Virus record (IMG/VR): IMGVR_UViG_3300037502_002077
Location: 1 to 41,911 of that record
Strand: one strand, 5' to 3'
Length of the DNA: 41,911 nt
From: a virus
The translations under genes and the position numbers were made by a program. The notes below the pieces were generated by a model that made no database searches, had not been told where the DNA came from, and was given only the letters and a program-made list of their open reading frames with translations. Positions 40,621-41,911 of this stretch are shown here, piece after piece (the first letter of the stretch is position 1; every line of letters begins with the position of its first letter).

Positions 40621-41911
40621 CCGCTCCTTCTGCCATGGCGGCCAGTGCTTCGTCGTCGTCCATCGGTTCAGGCTCGTCAGCTACCGGCTCCGCGTTATCA
40701 CGGCGGCTCAGTGCGGCCAAGCTGTAATTCTGCTGCTGCATGTACGGCGTATCACCGCCCGGCACAGGTGGCAGGTTACGGCGACGGCGCGCCTCGTCGG
40801 GTGCCAGGTAGCCCGCGCCCATTTCAGCGGCGGCAACCTCGGCTTGCGTCTTGGTGTCCATCCGTAGCAGGCTATCCAGATCAAGCTCCACGGTCAGGCG
40901 GTCAGGCAGGCCAAGCCCCTCATCCAGCACCGTCTCAAACTGCTCGATGTGGCTTTGCAGGCACTGCGCGTAATATTGCAGGTTCAGCGCCTGAATGTTG
41001 TTGTAGTTCGGCTCCTGCCCGGCAATCGCCATGTGGCTCGGGACGTGGAACACAGAACACACGGTTTCGGCGCTCATCTTGAGCTGTTCGACCATCTGGG
41101 CGTCGTGGGCGGTCATCACCATAGGCTCATACTTGAGCCCATCGCCTACCACCGCCACCTTGCCGGCATTGTCTCCGGTGTAGTTGGCGTCCCACTGCTG
41201 CTTAAGTCTTGCCGCTGTTTCGTCTGAGATTGCGCCGGGGGCGGACAGTACGCCGCCAGGGCGTGAGCCGTTGGCAAAGAACTTTCGGCTGTTTTGCTGG
41301 ATCTCCAGCCCCATACCGGCAGACAGGCTGCAAGCATACAGCGGGCTGATGCCGATGAGCGGATGGAACAGACAGTTGATGCGGTCGTGGATCACCTCGG
41401 ATGCCGGGACGGTTACAACCTCTTCCTGCTGCTTGCTGATCGCGTCCTTCTTCAGCTCGTAGAACACTTCGCCAGAATCCGACACCAGGATCTTAACGCG
41501 GCTGTAGTCAAGAATATACAGCGCCGTGATCATGCCGCGATTGTCCCGAACCTTGAGCGCAACGGTATTGCCCCGCGTCAGTTTCGAGATCATCCACGTT
41601 TCTTTGAATTGGATATGGTTCTGGTAGTGGTTCGGCTTTTTCAGGACGCGGGCGTACGGGCTGTTATCAACGGGTACTTTGATGCCATCTTGATAGGCCA
41701 TGAGGCGCGGACGTAACTTGCCCACGTCGTTTGAAATCAGGGTGATGCAGGAGAACACAGCAAAAAACGCCAGTTGTTCGCCGGCGGTCAGTTCTTTGTT
41801 TTGCTGCCACGCTCCGGGGTAAGGATCGCGCACAACCGGCCACCAGCCAGACGAGCCCGCCTCCTGTAGTGCCTTGGTGCGGCGCTTGATCTCTAGCCCA
41901 AAGAGCTTCAT
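40610..41911 (-). CDS. portal protein, HK97 family
   Basis: 433 aa. FANGSRPGGVLSAPGAISDETAARLKQQWDANYTGDNAGKVAVVGDGLKYEP...DAQMVEQLK. The ATG is at 41911, equivalent to position 127 in the duplicated end. Confidence 0.9.
   Translation of the reverse strand: MKLFGLEIKRRTKALQEAGSSGWWPVVRDPYPGAWQQNKELTAGEQLAFFAVFSCITLISNDVGKLRPRLMAYQDGIKVPVDNSPYARVLKKPNHYQNHIQFKETWMISKLTRGNTVALKVRDNRGMITALYILDYSRVKILVSDSGEVFYELKKDAISKQQEEVVTVPASEVIHDRINCLFHPLIGISPLYACSLSAGMGLEIQQNSRKFFANGSRPGGVLSAPGAISDETAARLKQQWDANYTGDNAGKVAVVGDGLKYEPMVMTAHDAQMVEQLKMSAETVCSVFHVPSHMAIAGQEPNYNNIQALNLQYYAQCLQSHIEQFETVLDEGLGLPDRLTVELDLDSLLRMDTKTQAEVAAAEMGAGYLAPDEARRRRNLPPVPGGDTPYMQQQNYSLAALSRRDNAEPVADEPEPMDDDEALAAMAEGADDE
41785..41911. 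repeat. Terminal overlap, right copy (identical to 1-127)
   Basis: Direct comparison of the two ends. Confidence 0.95.

Noticed and set aside
40294-41082. 262-aa plus-strand ORF opposite the portal and the 109-aa gene
   Set aside because: It is a Pro/Arg/Ala-rich antisense shadow overlapping the portal gene.

Overview
The window is a complete, circularly closed dsDNA phage genome. Bases 1-127 are identical to 41785-41911, so the unique length is about 41,784 bp. It is siphovirus-like, with HK97-type morphogenesis genes, and I see no rRNA, tRNA, CRISPR array, integrase or clear CI-type repressor.

Most genes lie on the minus strand, in this order (descending coordinates, wrapping through the origin of the window):
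- Replication: a 56-aa HTH protein, SF2 helicase, VRR-NUC nuclease, HNH endonuclease and an AEP primase-polymerase fused to a P-loop NTPase.
- An iteron- and AT-rich ori-like region.
- Small genes and a decayed PagP-like gene.
- Lysis cassette: GH24 endolysin, two membrane proteins, and overlapped i-/o-spanins.
- Packaging: HNH, TerS and TerL.
- Head: prohead protease, major capsid protein, then the portal, which is an unusual position for it.
- Head-tail connectors.
- Tail: tube, G/G-T chaperones with an A7 -1 frameshift site, tape measure, M/L/K/J-like tip proteins and a beta-helix tailspike.
- A frameshifted M15 peptidase remnant.

The other blocks are:
- Plus strand 14360-17067: recombination genes (PD-(D/E)XK exonuclease, HNH-AP2, an unknown 198-aa protein, SSB).
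- Plus strand 20869-23928: nine small, translationally coupled genes of unknown function.
- Minus strand 20714-17071: an early block with a DUF4942/NPPY DNA methyltransferase, a TraR-like zinc finger and several small Zn-ribbon ORFs.

The two most interesting loci are cargo insertions inside the structural operon:
1. 33.57-36.15 kb: a low-GC, five-gene cassette with its own promoter, bounded by terminators. It encodes an IbrA-like PP-loop/PAPS-reductase protein and an IbrB/DndB-like ParB-fold protein.
2. 37.07-39.61 kb: a DUF115/Maf-like protein, an FkbM methyltransferase and a DxD glycosyltransferase, sitting between the head-closure and HK97-gp10-like genes. This is a candidate virion glycosylation system.

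All functional calls come from reading motifs and synteny by eye. No searches were run.
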